A stretch of DNA of 64,000 bases from Schmidtea polychroa. Lineage: Eukaryota. The stretch spans positions 2,294,001 through 2,358,000 of the forward strand of contig CM097886.1 of the NCBI GenBank assembly GCA_044892525.1, read 5' to 3'. The position numbers and the translations under genes were made by a program. The stretch's first letter is position 1. Each line of letters opens with the position of its first letter. The notes under the pieces were generated by a model, which was not told the origin of the DNA, ran no database searches, and saw only the letters and a list, made by a program, of their open reading frames with translations. This document shows positions 12,701-25,478 of the stretch, piece after piece.

Positions 12701-15351
12701 TTGCACTTTTATTGATTTTACCATTATTTGTTATGCTTCCCTTTTATATATAAATTTTTAGTTTTTGCGCTAACCCTAACAATAGTAAAAATTAATCCAG
12801 GAAAAATACTATGTTTGATTCCACCTTTAGCCCCCCCCCCAATAGCCGTTCACCCCAATTATCCATCCACCTTCGACATAACTTAACCAAATATCTCGCA
12901 CTCTCGATTTTGACGCATTTATTCTCATGAAGACGTAACCCTAATTATATTTTACAAATATCCTAACATTATTTTAAGATTTTATTCAAAATAAAAATGA
13001 TGGATTTTAAATGCTGTAAATAATATATTGTATTTTATAAAATTCTTGCCCTTTCCAATATTTCCTTTGAACAAAATTATTATTAGAACTTAAATTCATA
13101 AAAAAATTTTCAATTATTTTAATTATAAAGGATGAAATATTATAAAAAAATTGCGAAAACATAAAAACATGTTTCTCAAGTTAATAAACTACGCAAAAAA
13201 GTATCACTTCAAACTAAATATTTTTCGATATATTATAACTTCGGAAATAAAACAAAACATTTGTAACCAAAATAGAAATTTTTTACAAAATTTTCAGACT
13301 TATTTTAAATATCACAATTAATATTTATAATCAATATTTTTTATATTTTAATTGATTTGTACATAATTATGTCTATCTACATTAGCTTTAAATAACCCGT
13401 ACAATACATCCACTTTAATTAAGATTAGATTTTGAATCTAGTGCTTTATAATAATAATAATGATAATAATACTTATAATTTTGTTTAAATCTATATTTTG
13501 AATTTGAATATTTTAATTTAACGATATCGGCAAGCTGGTACACAAATTACCTTTGAAATTTCATTTGATTTAGTAAGTTTTTAGCTTCAATTTAATTATC
13601 ATTTTTGCGCATCTAGCTTATAATTTTATTTTTAAAAACCATATACATTAATCGAATTCGTTTTTATATTTCAGTTTCCATCTCCAATATGGTGTCAACC
13701 AACTAGTGGAGAATTTCCATTGGTTAATATGAAATTTTAAATCTCAAGTAATATTTATAAGATGAAATTCTTAGTTTATGATCTATTTCAAAATATATGC
13801 TTTAAATATCAAATCATTTTTGGCAGAAATCGATGGTTATAATAATATAGTTCAATGAAATGAAAAACATTTGAAAACAAAAGTTATCCAGCAACAACAA
13901 TTTGTATTGCAGATCATGTTTCACGTTAAAAATTTTCTGTGCAGATAATCAGTTATACGTGAACAAAAATTTATCAGTAAATATTTTAAAAAGGGTTTGA
14001 TCCTAAAGGCAAATGGCAGAAATTTCTCAAGGATCATCAAATGGTTCAATGGATACATATGTTGTTACGAGACGGTTTCACTGTATTAAATCATGTAAGA
14101 TTAATTAAAAGTTAAATTTTGTAATTTAATAATCTTTTCCAATTGCTAATTTCCAATTTATTATTTGTTCTTTATATTCAACATAACATTTATGGAAGAT
14201 TTACTGAGTTCCTTAATTAGTTGAAAATCACATCTGATTTTGTAGACAGTCACTGATTTTTATATTTTTTACAAATCTTTAAAGCCTTATTTGTAATACT
14301 ATTGGTATTCTATCCATATTTTACATTGTAGCATCTCTAACACATGAAATTGTGCTCATACTGCTGCTAATTCCGACTGTGCTACAATTTCTAACTAAAT
14401 CTTTATTAATTTAGTAACATATATTACTCTTTCTCTATTACGTAGACTATTTAATATTAAAATTTTTGTTTCTAAAAATATAACCTTTATTTTCATGATT
14501 TTCAAATAATTTAGCATTTAGTGTTTTCCAAAGTAGGTCATATTCTCTTCAGGGAACATTTTTCAAATATATTTTAATTTTCATATATTTTTAACTAAAA
14601 ATAATATTAAATGATTTCTTAATTATAATTATGTAGCGATTAATATTTTGAACAAATCAAAGACTAATTTTTTCAACAAAGGAAATTTATTTAATTAACT
14701 ATTATTATTATTTTATTTAACAAATTGAATCTCTTTATATTTTCAAAAGTGAGATAAAACAAAACAATTTTCAATATTTGTTTGGAAATTGGAAAACAAA
14801 CATACAATATTAAAAACTAAATCAAATGCTTGTTGACTACTTGCTCATTGTAAGAAATAAAAGTTATTAACTTTACTAACAAAATAAAAGCGTTTACTTC
14901 TAGTTGATATATATAGTTATTACTTTACTATAGCGTGGTTGCAATATAATTCGCTCAGTTTATAAAACCTAATGAGATTTATCAAACAATGTTAGTCAAT
15001 TTTATTCATTTTTCTAACTTCTATGAAGATGAGATACGCAGGTCCTGAGACTTCTAGCAGTCGGCTTGGGCTACCTGATGATTGACTGATTCTTCTTACG
15101 ATACGGTGCAAATTTCTTACGGATAATAATGGCCAAAGACACAGTTTTTGTTAAATTTAATCAAAGTGAGAAGTTCTGTAAAGATGTACAGGCCAGGCTT
15201 TTGCAAACAAAATTCTGGGAATATTCTTTACTGTACTTTCGCCTCGGTGCTATAAATATCAGTGCTATTGATTACGTCACTGCCTGGTGGCTATTTACTA
15301 GTCTGTGAATTGAGTAGCGATGACCTATTTATTATAGTGAGTACATTAGAT

Positions 15352-15720
15352 CAGAGATTCCTAACGTTTATAACGCTGCTACCCCTGTAACCTGTTAGGA
15401 AATCAAATTTTACCCCAATTTTAAAATGTTATAATGTTATTCTAATGTTTATTAATTACAAAGTTGTCATTGCCCAGCAGTTAGTCAGAAAACTGGATAC
15501 ATTGTGGCTACATAAAAACACAACAATATTACGATATTTTAACTATGAACTAATAATAATAATAATAATCAGTGTGAGTTGAAATTGTTTTGCGTTTACA
15601 AGTTTTTTATGTTAGGTTTAGTGTCACTTCAGCCTTCGGTTAACAAACTGTTCTCTGTTACCCCTGAAGAATAGCGTGTTTACCCCCCGGGGGTAATTAC
15701 CCCAAGGTTCGGAACCCCTG
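15352..15720. mobile_element. hAT (Buster/Charlie-type) MITE
   Basis: TIR cagagattcctaac / gttcggaacccctg. Perfect 8-bp TSD CATTAGAT, which has the central TA typical of Buster elements. Confidence 0.85.
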
Positions 15721-15899
15721 CATTAGATCTTGACTAAGTCTGTATGTTAGATGTGATGATTATCGTGTATAGAAGTAGCCTGTCAAACAGTCTTGTAATC
15801 AAATGTGATTTTAACCTTAATATTCGACGGTACCTTGCCTTTTTTAAAAATATAATTTACTGGAATTCATGAATTTACTAATGCGGTTGTGATTCGTCT

Positions 15900-18640
15900 G
15901 GGGAAGTTATAAATGCTGCCGTGATATGGTCGAACGTTTTAGTCGATGAGAGGTTGTTATGTACCTTTTAAATCCCTTTAAATCTCCTATCAAGGTTCTG
16001 ATTCTGAAACTTGTGTGGACGATTTTGGGTCTCATCCTCGAGACAGACCTTCCTAGTAGTTTACTGTTTTAGTCACAGAAAATGTATTTTTTTATTTTAT
16101 AAATTTATTATGGCCGTTAACAACTATTTTTTATTTATAACTATAACTAATATGAACAATCACTAATGAGATACCTGTGCTTGTTTTAAGGAACATAATA
16201 GTTTTATATTGGGCTCAATATTTGAATGAGCAACTCGAAGTTCTTGGTCAAGGCCCTTCAAGCACGATCGCTTATCATTTTTTTATTAAAACTAGAGTTG
16301 AAAAACTTTCTTCACATATGTACGTGGTTGAAAATGGGAGCAGAACTTCAATAGCCTTTTCGGAAATTCGAGGATATTCTTCCTTAACCGCAATCCAAAA
16401 CGTATCCAATGGAACGTCGGAAAATTTTATTTTTAGCGTCCCATCGTTCCTCAAGTCAAAAAATTCGTCTCGAATTTGAAGGGAAAGAGCTACTGTAGAA
16501 TTTTCGGCATTCGCTGAAAAAGGATTTCGAATCCAATCGTATTGGTCTGTATTAATTATGTGAAAGTATTGGTGAAATTTCTGTTGTAGCAATGCTAAAT
16601 GTTGTTCGGCCAAACGCAATATGATCTGCTTGTTTTTTCATGCTTGTGCAATCCTTCCAATCGTCTGGTTGGTTCTTTGGTACATTTCTAGTGATCCTTG
16701 TTGTAGCTCCGATTGCTAAAGATCAAGTTTCTGTTTGAACCCGTCAACAAATTTTCATTTCGCCCTTGCATTTTTTTTATTAAGTTCATTCAGGTTTTCA
16801 AATATGTCAGCCATGTAGGCAAGTTTGGTCATCCAGTGATTATCTTGTAGGAGCTTGTGTAGTTCGGGCACATTTTGATTTAATAGAAAATTACTAACCT
16901 CTTCGCGAAGCTCAAATAGTCGTGCTAGAACTTTACCTCGGGACAACCAGCATACTCATGTGTGAAGTAATAAGGATTGATATTCCGATCCCATTTCTGC
17001 GCAGAGTATCCCAAAAATTCGCGAATTCAAGGCTTTTGAATTAATTAAATTTATAATGCTGATGCATTCATTCATTGTTGCCAATAGTTCCGAAGGTAAA
17101 TTTTTAACCATCAAAGCTTCTCGATGTATGCAGCAATGTGTAATTTGTATTGTCGGATTTTGTCGCTTCACACATGAGACAAACCCCTTTTTATAACCCA
17201 TCATTACGTAGCGCCATCCGTGCAATTACTCCATTGAATACCATAGGTTTTGAAGAATTCATCAGTTACTCGAAAAATTTCCTCACCGGTAGTCCGCTCT
17301 GGAAGTTCTTTGCAAAACAAATAATGTTCTTTTATGGACTCCTCGTCAACGAAACGTACAATATATATTAGTTGTGCTCGGTTTTTAATATCGGTTGATT
17401 CGTCAATCTGAAGAGAAAAATTCTCCGTCATTTTCAATTTTGTAATTAATGTTTTTAAAATATCGCTTGACATATCATTAATACGTCTTTTAACAGTATC
17501 AGCTGATAACGAAACTTTACTGGCTTCATTAATTTCATTAGGCCCAAACATTAATCGAATGATTTCCATGCATGCTGGTTTAATAAGGGTTTCGCCAATT
17601 GTGTGTGGTTTTTTCTGACGTGCAATTAATTAACTAGCTTTTAACGATTTGTCAGAAATTGTAACGGACGATCTCATAAATTGCCTCATGAAAAATTACT
17701 CATGAAATTACCATGAAAATCCGTATTGAATATATTCTGCATTGTATTGCCTTTTCACTTCGGTCTTTTTACATCATTGCTCGTGCTGGGTTCATCATCA
17801 TTTGTCGATAAAGTTGAACATTCTTTACGCAAAAACTTGTCCATATTTAAAATTATATAAAATAAATATGAATAAATATGAATATTTAATTGTCATATTT
17901 ATATATTAAAAATTATTCAAATTCAATATTTAGAATTGAGCGCTAGTCAAGTTATTTAGAAAAATAATTATTTGAATACTTACATTAATTTTTATCTTCT
18001 AAATTCACAAAATCACAGAGTACACTATAAAAGCTAACTTACGAATGAAAATTTAAAATCATCATGTGATTCAATAAAATAATGGATCACTTGTTCGAAG
18101 TCAACGAAAACAAATTTTTATGATGTATTTATATTTACATAAAAATTTATTGTTCTTAAAAATAAATTTCTCTAAAATTTCTTGTATTTATTGTTCAGGC
18201 TGTAAAACTTGGTAGCACAATATGAGACAATAAATTTAAATGTGAACAACCTGAAATGTAATTTTTTTAAACCATGTTTATTGACCGAATATTTTGTCAA
18301 CAACGCAATTATTTGTAAACAAGATAGATATAAGCATAACGCACGTGTCCGTCATAAACCCTATATTTTTTCTCGGGTAGGCATTGGCCGCGGCACACCA
18401 GTTGCGGAGCTCTGATCTAGTCGACCAAGTTTTCAAAGTGCACACGCTGTGTCCGACTTTCAGCGATTAGCTCGCCGCGGCTGCACTTGAGTCTGGTTAT
18501 CTTCTTTTGGAACTCATGTGCCTTATCAGGTTGGAGCCACAAGGCCTCCGTTTAATTTATGTTCTATTGGCGGCTCATCCGCTCCTTGAGTTTCTGGAAT
18601 TCACTAGATACTTGGTCGTCTACTTTAAGTTGGTTTATTA
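15900..18640 (-). pseudogene. Unknown family ORF-B, copy A (split by the hAT insertion; 5' part ~18420-18610, 3' part ~15900-16075)
   Basis: Minus-strand translation TEALWLQPDKAHEFQKKITRLKCSRGELIAESRTQRV aligns with YEGTWFSPPQMKEERKKILRLEHCRDSLLEESRCQRL of copy C. Contains internal stops. Confidence 0.55.
16075..18414 (-). mobile_element. Decayed hAT Buster/ZBED5-SCAND3-like transposon (transposase pseudogene 17844-16163; 3' terminus deleted)
   Basis: Frameshifted ORFs carry FSLQIDESTD, CTDGA, ITHCCIHREAL, WLSRGKVLARLFELR, KLAYMADIFENLNELN and LLPFSTTYICEESFS. 5' TIR cagagctccgcaactggtgtgccg ends at 18414, followed by ATCTAGTC. The paralogous empty site reads ATCTGGTC at ~20144. Confidence 0.9.
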
Positions 18641-18724
18641 TGCTTAAAACAATGGTTTGTGTTATTTACTTAATATTTGCGACATGACTGTAAGTATAAT
18701 TATATTTTATTAACCTTACCCTTT

Positions 18725-19385
18725 AATGACAACGGAACATTTGATAAATATTTCAGTGTTATGTATCAGTTCGGAATTCCTCGATAATTTATAATGATAT
18801 ACAAATCCATTATTTTTATCTGTTGGTTGAATTAATGCTTTATTGTTATTATTTCATATTTAAATAAGTTAGTTCGGTACGTTGATTGATCAATGTAAAT
18901 GTGACAGAATACTTAAATTGCCATTCTAGTCGTCCTTCATCAAATGAAAAGACATGTCGAAGCACGATTCACTGTAAATTATCATATTCAATTTTTAACA
19001 TCTTCCATTTTGTCATTGAATTCTCCACAATTCAGCTGATTTTGATTGGCTGTCATTTCCAATAATTTGTTTCTACATTTTCCATTGATTTATTGATTTT
19101 ATTTGTTATTTCAGATCAATGTTTTTTTTCTTTTACAATTTATTCTTTCTAGAATTTTATTTTTAATAATTTATCTCAAAAATTTATTATTTTACTTTAT
19201 TTCCTTTCAGTTGATTGGAATTGTGAAATTTGATGGCATATTGGCGAATTTCAGCTCGAATGGCCAGCTGAAATATTGTCACATCAACTGTTTCATTGTC
19301 TTCCAACAATCATAAATTTTCTATGCAATTATACAATTTTAATTTGAATACTAATAATCCAAATAATAAATCCAAATATTGGCGA
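18725..19385 (-). pseudogene. Duplicated 3' part of the TRAF-like pseudogene
   Basis: Direct-repeat copy of ~21025-21510. Reads ...LEWQFKYSVTFTLINQRT. Confidence 0.5.
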
Positions 19386-20330
19386 AGTTATAAATGCTGC
19401 CGTGATCAACGTTCCCTCTAAGCTGGGCAAACGGGAGGCCGCCCAGTTAAAAATTGACATTTGCCCACTCAGCATTTCTATCCGCCCATCAACGTTCCCT
19501 CTAAGCTGAGTGGCTGAGAGGCCGCTCACTTAAAATTGTAATCCAGCTCAGTCATATAATTATCCGCTCACCTGATATTTATTCTAATTTAGATAAAATT
19601 CATGATTATTGGATCAATAATAAAGATACGCGTGAAAAGATGTAAATAAAAATTTTGAAATTATTTTTTATTATCAAAATATTATGAATTTTTAAGTTTT
19701 GTTGAGTTTCTTTTTATTTATAATTTTTAATATATATATATATATATATATATTACCTGTTGAATTTTGTTTTTTTTTTAAATTTTTTTTCATTAAAATA
19801 TATTCTTTTCCAAAAGTTTGCCCAGTTTGTCTATTATTAAAAAATATTTGCCCACACGAATTTTCTGCCGCACATGTCGAAGAAAGATTAGTGGGATCGT
19901 TGGCCGTGATATGGTGGAACGTTTTAGTCGAAGAGAGGTTGTTATGTACCTTTTAAATCCCTTTAAATCTCCTAACAAGGATCTGATTCTGAAACTTGTG
20001 TGGACGATTTTGGGTCTTTTCCTCGAGACAGACCTTCCTAGTAGTTTACTGTTTTAGTCACTGAATTTTTAAATCTACCGCACACTAATATGGGAATGTA
20101 TTAGCGGAGTGTTACTTTGGGGTGTTCTTTGCTCGGTCGGCTATCTGGTCGACCAAGTTTTCAATATGCACACGCTGTGTCCGACTTTCAGCGATTAGCT
20201 CGCCGCGACTGCACGTGAGTCTGATTATTTTCTTTTCGAACAAGGCCTCCGTTTAATTTATGTTCTGTTGGTGGCTCATTAGCTCCCTGAGTTTCTGGAA
20301 TTCACTAGCTACTTGGTCGTCTACTTTAAG
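19385..20330 (-). pseudogene. Unknown family ORF-B, copy B (tandem duplicate of copy A)
   Basis: 20140-20425 repeats 18415-18720 and 19903-20065 repeats 15918-16075. Basic motif LGRSVSRKRPK lies near 20030. The W-x-x-P segment is deleted. Confidence 0.5.
19407..19902. mobile_element. hAT-type MITE with an internally duplicated terminus
   Basis: TIR caacgttccctctaa / ttagtgggatcgttg. Perfect 8-bp TSD GCCGTGAT (19399-19406, 19903-19910). The paralogous empty site is at ~15918-15925. The terminal motif recurs at ~19489. Confidence 0.85.
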
Positions 20331-21029
20331 TTGGTTTATTATGTTTAAAACAATGGTTTGTGTTATTTACTTAATATTTGCGACATGACTGTAAGTATAA
20401 TTATATTTCATTAACCTTACCTTTTAAGGAAAAGGGAAAATTATTTATCTATATTTTATGTTCATTAGAAAATATTTCTTAATCTATCATTTAATATTTT
20501 ATTTCTTTATGTTTGTTAGGATTAATTATTAAAATTGAGTATAATATATATAATTTCAAATGTAATTACTTTTATCTTTTAACAAACTGTAACGATCAGT
20601 ACCGTGTATATTTAGATAGTGATTGTTACTTATGTTAATTAACTTCAACTGAGAAGTACGTTAGTTCCCATCTTTTTATTATTAGATATTTTCATTGTGC
20701 TTAGGTTGACGAATGCTATATTCTTTGGCTGACACAATAGCTGTTTCAAATTGTGAATACATACGAAGTATAGGTTGTATTTTAGTGAGATGCTCTGGTA
20801 TTAAATGTATCGAGTGACATAAAATGAAAAACTATCTGCGATTTATTATAAAGGCAGTTGACGCCGCATTGGATTTTTTGCATTTACGTAATAGTGATTA
20901 ATTTTCAATGTCAGAATTTTCACAGATTTTAAATTTATACTAAATTTTCATTTTAAATATGTAAATTGTCGAAAATTAAAAAAATGAAATTTATTGATAA
21001 TGAAAATATTCAAAATACGAGTAAATGAC

Positions 21030-22205
21030 AACGGGACATTTGATAAATATTTCAGTGTTACGTATCAGATCGGGATAATTCATCCAAATCCATTATTTTT
21101 ATCTGTTGGTTGAATTAATGATTTATTGTTTGGGATGACTTCATATTTCAGGCTTATTTACATAAGTTAGTCCGGTACGTTGATTGATCAATGCAAATGT
21201 GACAGAATGCTTAAATTGCCATTCTATTCTCCCTTCATCAAATGAAAAGACATGTCGAAGCACGATTCACTGTAAATTATCATATTCAATTTTTAACATC
21301 TTTCATTTTGTCATTGAATTCTACACAATTCAGCTGATTTTGATTGGCTGTCATTTCCAATAATTTGTTTCTACATTTTCCATTGATTTATCGATTTTTT
21401 TTGTTTTTTCAAATCAATGTTTCTTTTACAATTTATTCTTTCTTCCTCCAACAATCATCCAATTTTCTATGCAATTATACAATTTTAATTTGAATAATAA
21501 TAATCCAAATATCAATAAAATCAATATTGCAATTTATTTACACTCGATTTATTTCCATGCCTGAACTCGTATTTTCTCTCATCACAGCATTTTTACCATT
21601 CAAATAATCTGTATTCAACTGATCAATTTTGGCGGATTTCTGATCATATTTCCTACAATTCTACCTCAATTCTCATTTTTCAATTGTCTCTATCTAATTT
21701 CAATTGTTTTGGTTATTTTCGGGCAAGATACAACTTAAATAACTTTATTTTCCTTTGCAGTAGAACCACGTACAACATATTCATATCAAAATATCCAGAT
21801 TAAAAATGAAATGTGACAATATTCTTAGTTAGCAATAATTTATTCTCTGCGCTCAATTATTTATTATTGACATTCATTATCTCTATTTCATTATTGAAAT
21901 TACCAACAACATCCATCAAGCTTTGTTAGCGTCGATATTTCAGATTGTAATTGATACGCAACTTTATCCTGAGAAAAATGCATTTAATTCATCCAATATA
22001 TTTTCACATCTTCTATTTTTACTAATTCATCAACATAATGACAAGACAATTCTGGACATTTCACGTCACATCTCTTTTCTTGCTTAAATATAGGTTCAAT
22101 ATTTACAAGTTTGGACAAATTTTCACTTTTTTCATTTCCAATTTCAATGATTGTATTCGTTAGGTTTTCGATTAGCCTATAAGCAACCCTATATAAAGCA
22201 ATCAT
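21030..22205 (-). pseudogene. TRAF-like (zinc finger, coiled coil, MATH/TRAF domain) pseudogene
   Basis: In order along the minus strand, with stops and frameshifts: DVKCPELSCHY (zinc-finger-like), INQWKM, KLNMIIY, SFHLMKG, EWQFKHSVTFALINQ, SLIQPTDKNNGFG. These match TRAF-domain landmarks (IWKI, FVIMRGEYD..L.WPF...VT..L.DQ, SF.RP...N..G). Confidence 0.6.
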
Positions 22206-22459
22206 TGACGATTTAAGTTATAATTTACAATGTAGGTAATTTATACTGCACAATTTATACTTGAAGAAGGCTTTTAATTTATACTCGATATATAGATTAA
22301 AGTTACGATTTATCATTTATAAGATCATTGTAAATTTTCATAAATACTCGCGTTCCTAATCCACATTTGATGGACAAATTGGGTCATACGTAGTATTATT
22401 AATTCCGAAGTTATAATTGGCAATTTGATACATTATAATTGTTGGTGTATGAAGGGGAG

Positions 22460-22790
22460 ACAGACATACGATCTCATGCATTAGCCTCAGACTCATCCCA
22501 ACATACATCACATGACTTCGTTAATATTCCCTCATGCGAGCCCGTGGCGATGGTTCCACGTTGGTTCTGCCCACACGGGTTGGAGTTGGTTAATAGGTGA
22601 GCCCCTACCTTAGGACTACTACTAACCCTCTCGCGGTACAGGTTCCAAGGTGCCTTAGAAGGACTTACCCTCAATCTCATACATCCTCGGACCGACCCTG
22701 GTCCAAATGGACGACCTTCCTACAATGCCAAACTTTTAGTTCATACATCGAATCGGGTGTTTCACTCATCGTTCACGTAAAATAACTCAT
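22460..22790 (+). pseudogene. Unknown family ORF-C (RW[YF]C), copy C, convergent with ORF-B
   Basis: SDSSQHTS...VPRWFCPHGLELVNR* (CGTTGGTTCTGC at 22559-22570) matches ...QRWYCTKGLSTRKK* in copy E, with the same position and orientation relative to ORF-B. Confidence 0.45.
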
Positions 22791-22965
22791 TAAACATCGA
22801 ATAAGTATATTAATTTTACAACACACATTATTTACAAAATAATAAAGGTTTCCCTAACATCCAATACACAATCACTAAAGATAAAATGAGAAGTTGTCAT
22901 ATTCTAGAGAGGTGGTTGCGAATACCCCCGACAAGGTGGATCAACACTGTCGTCACCTCGCGTCA

Positions 22966-23694
22966 TTAAAAGACTTCCCCGTCGGCGAACACTTCATCAA
23001 TGTCTGCTGGCAGGCGACGGTCCGCGAGATACTTGATGCCCTCGGCCGGTACGATTCGAAATATTTCTTTGGCCGGTATCACATGGGAACTTGAAATCTC
23101 CTTGAGGGTGGACTGGGCCACTGATAATGAAGCTTCCAGCGCTGCCATCGCATCCCTGCGCTTCTGATTCTTGGCGGCCCTGGTTGGCCGTTTCCTTTTG
23201 CGAGAAGGCATCGGATTATTTGTGATGGACGCGGCAGAGGGTGCCGCCAGGACTGGAGCCAAGATAGGGTCGGAAGAGCCTCCTACTAAGGGAGCTGGGA
23301 TGGTCGGCAGATAGGAGCCATGCCCTTGACAGTTTGATGCCGATGCTTGCGGCGCCTGGTGGTGCAGTGGAAAAACATTAGAACTGTCTAAAACGGGAAA
23401 TTCCCGAACTCGTTTGGCTAATTCTGCCTCCTTGGAGGGCTTCAGATTGCGCTTTAATTGTCAGCCGCTGACAACGGCTCTCCTCCAGCAGGCTGTCCCT
23501 ACAATGTTCCAACCGGAGGATCTTCTTTCGCTCCTCCTTCATCTGTGGCGGGGAGAACCACGTGCCCTCGTAGAGGTCAATACGCTTCTTCAGAGCCCCG
23601 ATATATTGATGTAATTGGGCGATGTCCGCGTTCTTGTCAGCGCAAGAAAAACGGGCGAAGCTCCTTGTTAGTATTGGACGATGTAGACATCTAA
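22966..23694 (-). pseudogene. Unknown family ORF-B, copy C (coiled coil, GTWFSP motif, Pro/Ala linker, basic tail)
   Basis: IDLYEGTWFSPPQMKEERKKILRLE. A frameshift near 23430 joins it to the listed ORF 23262-22966 (PSRKRKRPTRAAKNQKRRDAMAALEASLSVAQST). Confidence 0.7.
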
Positions 23695-24399
23695 AGATTG
23701 AATAATTTTCATGTTCCTCCGTAATATTCGTTTATGTGACATTTACAACGGGAATATGGGCTTTGAACATTTATAAATCATCCTACCCGGTGATGCCAGA
23801 AAATCGTTACTATTCATCTGTGCTCCCATTCATTTAATCATCAACATTCAATATAATTCACCCAACCCATGCAACTCAAAGAAAAGAAAACGGGGAATTC
23901 TCAAAAGAATTTACTTTCGGATTGGAAAATCCCGGTCTACTATACGTTTATACATTTAGTACGGTCAATCCTATTCCCTTATTATTTGTCGTAATTTTGA
24001 TAATTAAAATCTCGTTACTATGTCTTGTGAATTTGTGCGTATGTAATACTTATGAAATTAGAATCTCATGTCACTGGCGTCTACCCGGGTCATATTAATT
24101 CTGATTAAAGTTATAAAAAAGACTGAAATATATTAACTAAAATTATGTTATAAATTATGTTTAATTATTTTAAATATTTCACTGTAAGTGTTGTCATGGA
24201 GACGCCTACTCGTATGTAGTTATGTATTGTTCTTATTTTCTATGCATGCTGATATTCGTCATTATATCTGTTGAGGTGCAGGTGTTATTTAATTTGTTAT
24301 CAGCCTGTGCCGGTGGAATATCTAATGATTCGGTTATTTTAAAGTTGAGAAATCAAATTCCTTGCTCCTACATACAGTCTCGTTAATTCAGAGAAATTT

Positions 24400-25470
24400 C
24401 AGGTTGTTACATCATCGTACCATCAGTTGAGGTGTATGTGTGTCGTTGTGCATGGTGATCGATGAATATGACGCAGTGTTTGGACGTTTCGGTACCTTAA
24501 CTTCAATCGACGTCACCGAAAATTTGCTGCTCTAACTGCAGATCAATTTATATGTTGTCTGGTGGAAATTTATCTAGTGCGCACACATGCATTTATACTC
24601 TCAAGTCAAAACATTTGGAATCCCTGCAGGTTTCTCCAGAAAATCAGTAATATTAGACGAAACAGGGAGAGAAAATTGATCGTAACGAGTACGGGGTAAG
24701 TTATGAGTATACTTGATTCTACAATTAGATTCTCTTCTATCATGTTAGTTCAAGATAACAACTGTCAATTCGTTCGCTCCGCGACATCTACCAGAAAACC
24801 GATACTCAAGATCTCTTATCACACTATGAACGATTATTTACTACGCCTGACTCTAAACTGGCTGAGATTGGAAATCATCAATTCTTATGACAATCAATAC
24901 GAGTCTTGTTGGAATTTTTACGACAAACAAAATCCCCTATTAATGGAGGTTTAAGCAACTGCTATTCGAAAACGTAAGCAATGGTCCGCTCCAAATCTAA
25001 GCTCGATAGGATGCAATTGGATATATGGTAGAATGATTTCGAATTGGAAATTTTCCTGGAATCTGCTGTGGGTTCATTAGTGACATTAAATTTTTTGACT
25101 GCGAATTTTCGGTGGACAGGATCTCTACGACGACAATTATAACTGATCTCACCCGATGAAGAATTTTTCTCAACGCATCTATACCTCTCGCTAGATGTCC
25201 TCACCCCTCCTGACCCACCTAAGAGCGGCAATCATCGCTGCCACCGCCCTTAGACCGCCAGGAGGGACGATTCCATCTTCCCAATCATTACAACCTTGTA
25301 TCCATAAAAATTTATTATAAAGTTGACTGATATGATTAAATAAATTGATACATTCGTTATAAAATTGTTTACTATAAAAAGTTACTTGCCTGGCGACCAC
25401 GCCGCCTGAGTCTCAAATATGATGCCGTTTCATAATAATCGCAAGCGCTTAACCATTTCAATTTGTTGCC
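24400..25470 (+). pseudogene. Possible decayed tyrosine-recombinase (Crypton-like) ORF
   Basis: A long broken frame contains a Cys/His cluster (CCSNCRSIY..AHTC), then LTHLRAAIIAATALRPPGGTI..CIHK and YKKLLAWRP..DAV. These weakly resemble the R, HK and RP landmarks of eukaryotic tyrosine recombinases. Many stops. Confidence 0.3.
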
Positions 25471-25478
25471 ATACTGAC

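Noticed and set aside
13670-14420. Exon-like, slightly GC-richer patches on both strands
   Set aside because: Every frame has stops and I recognised no motif.
15075-15110. ctgatga as a possible hammerhead ribozyme core
   Set aside because: No correctly placed GAAA and no three-stem junction could be drawn.
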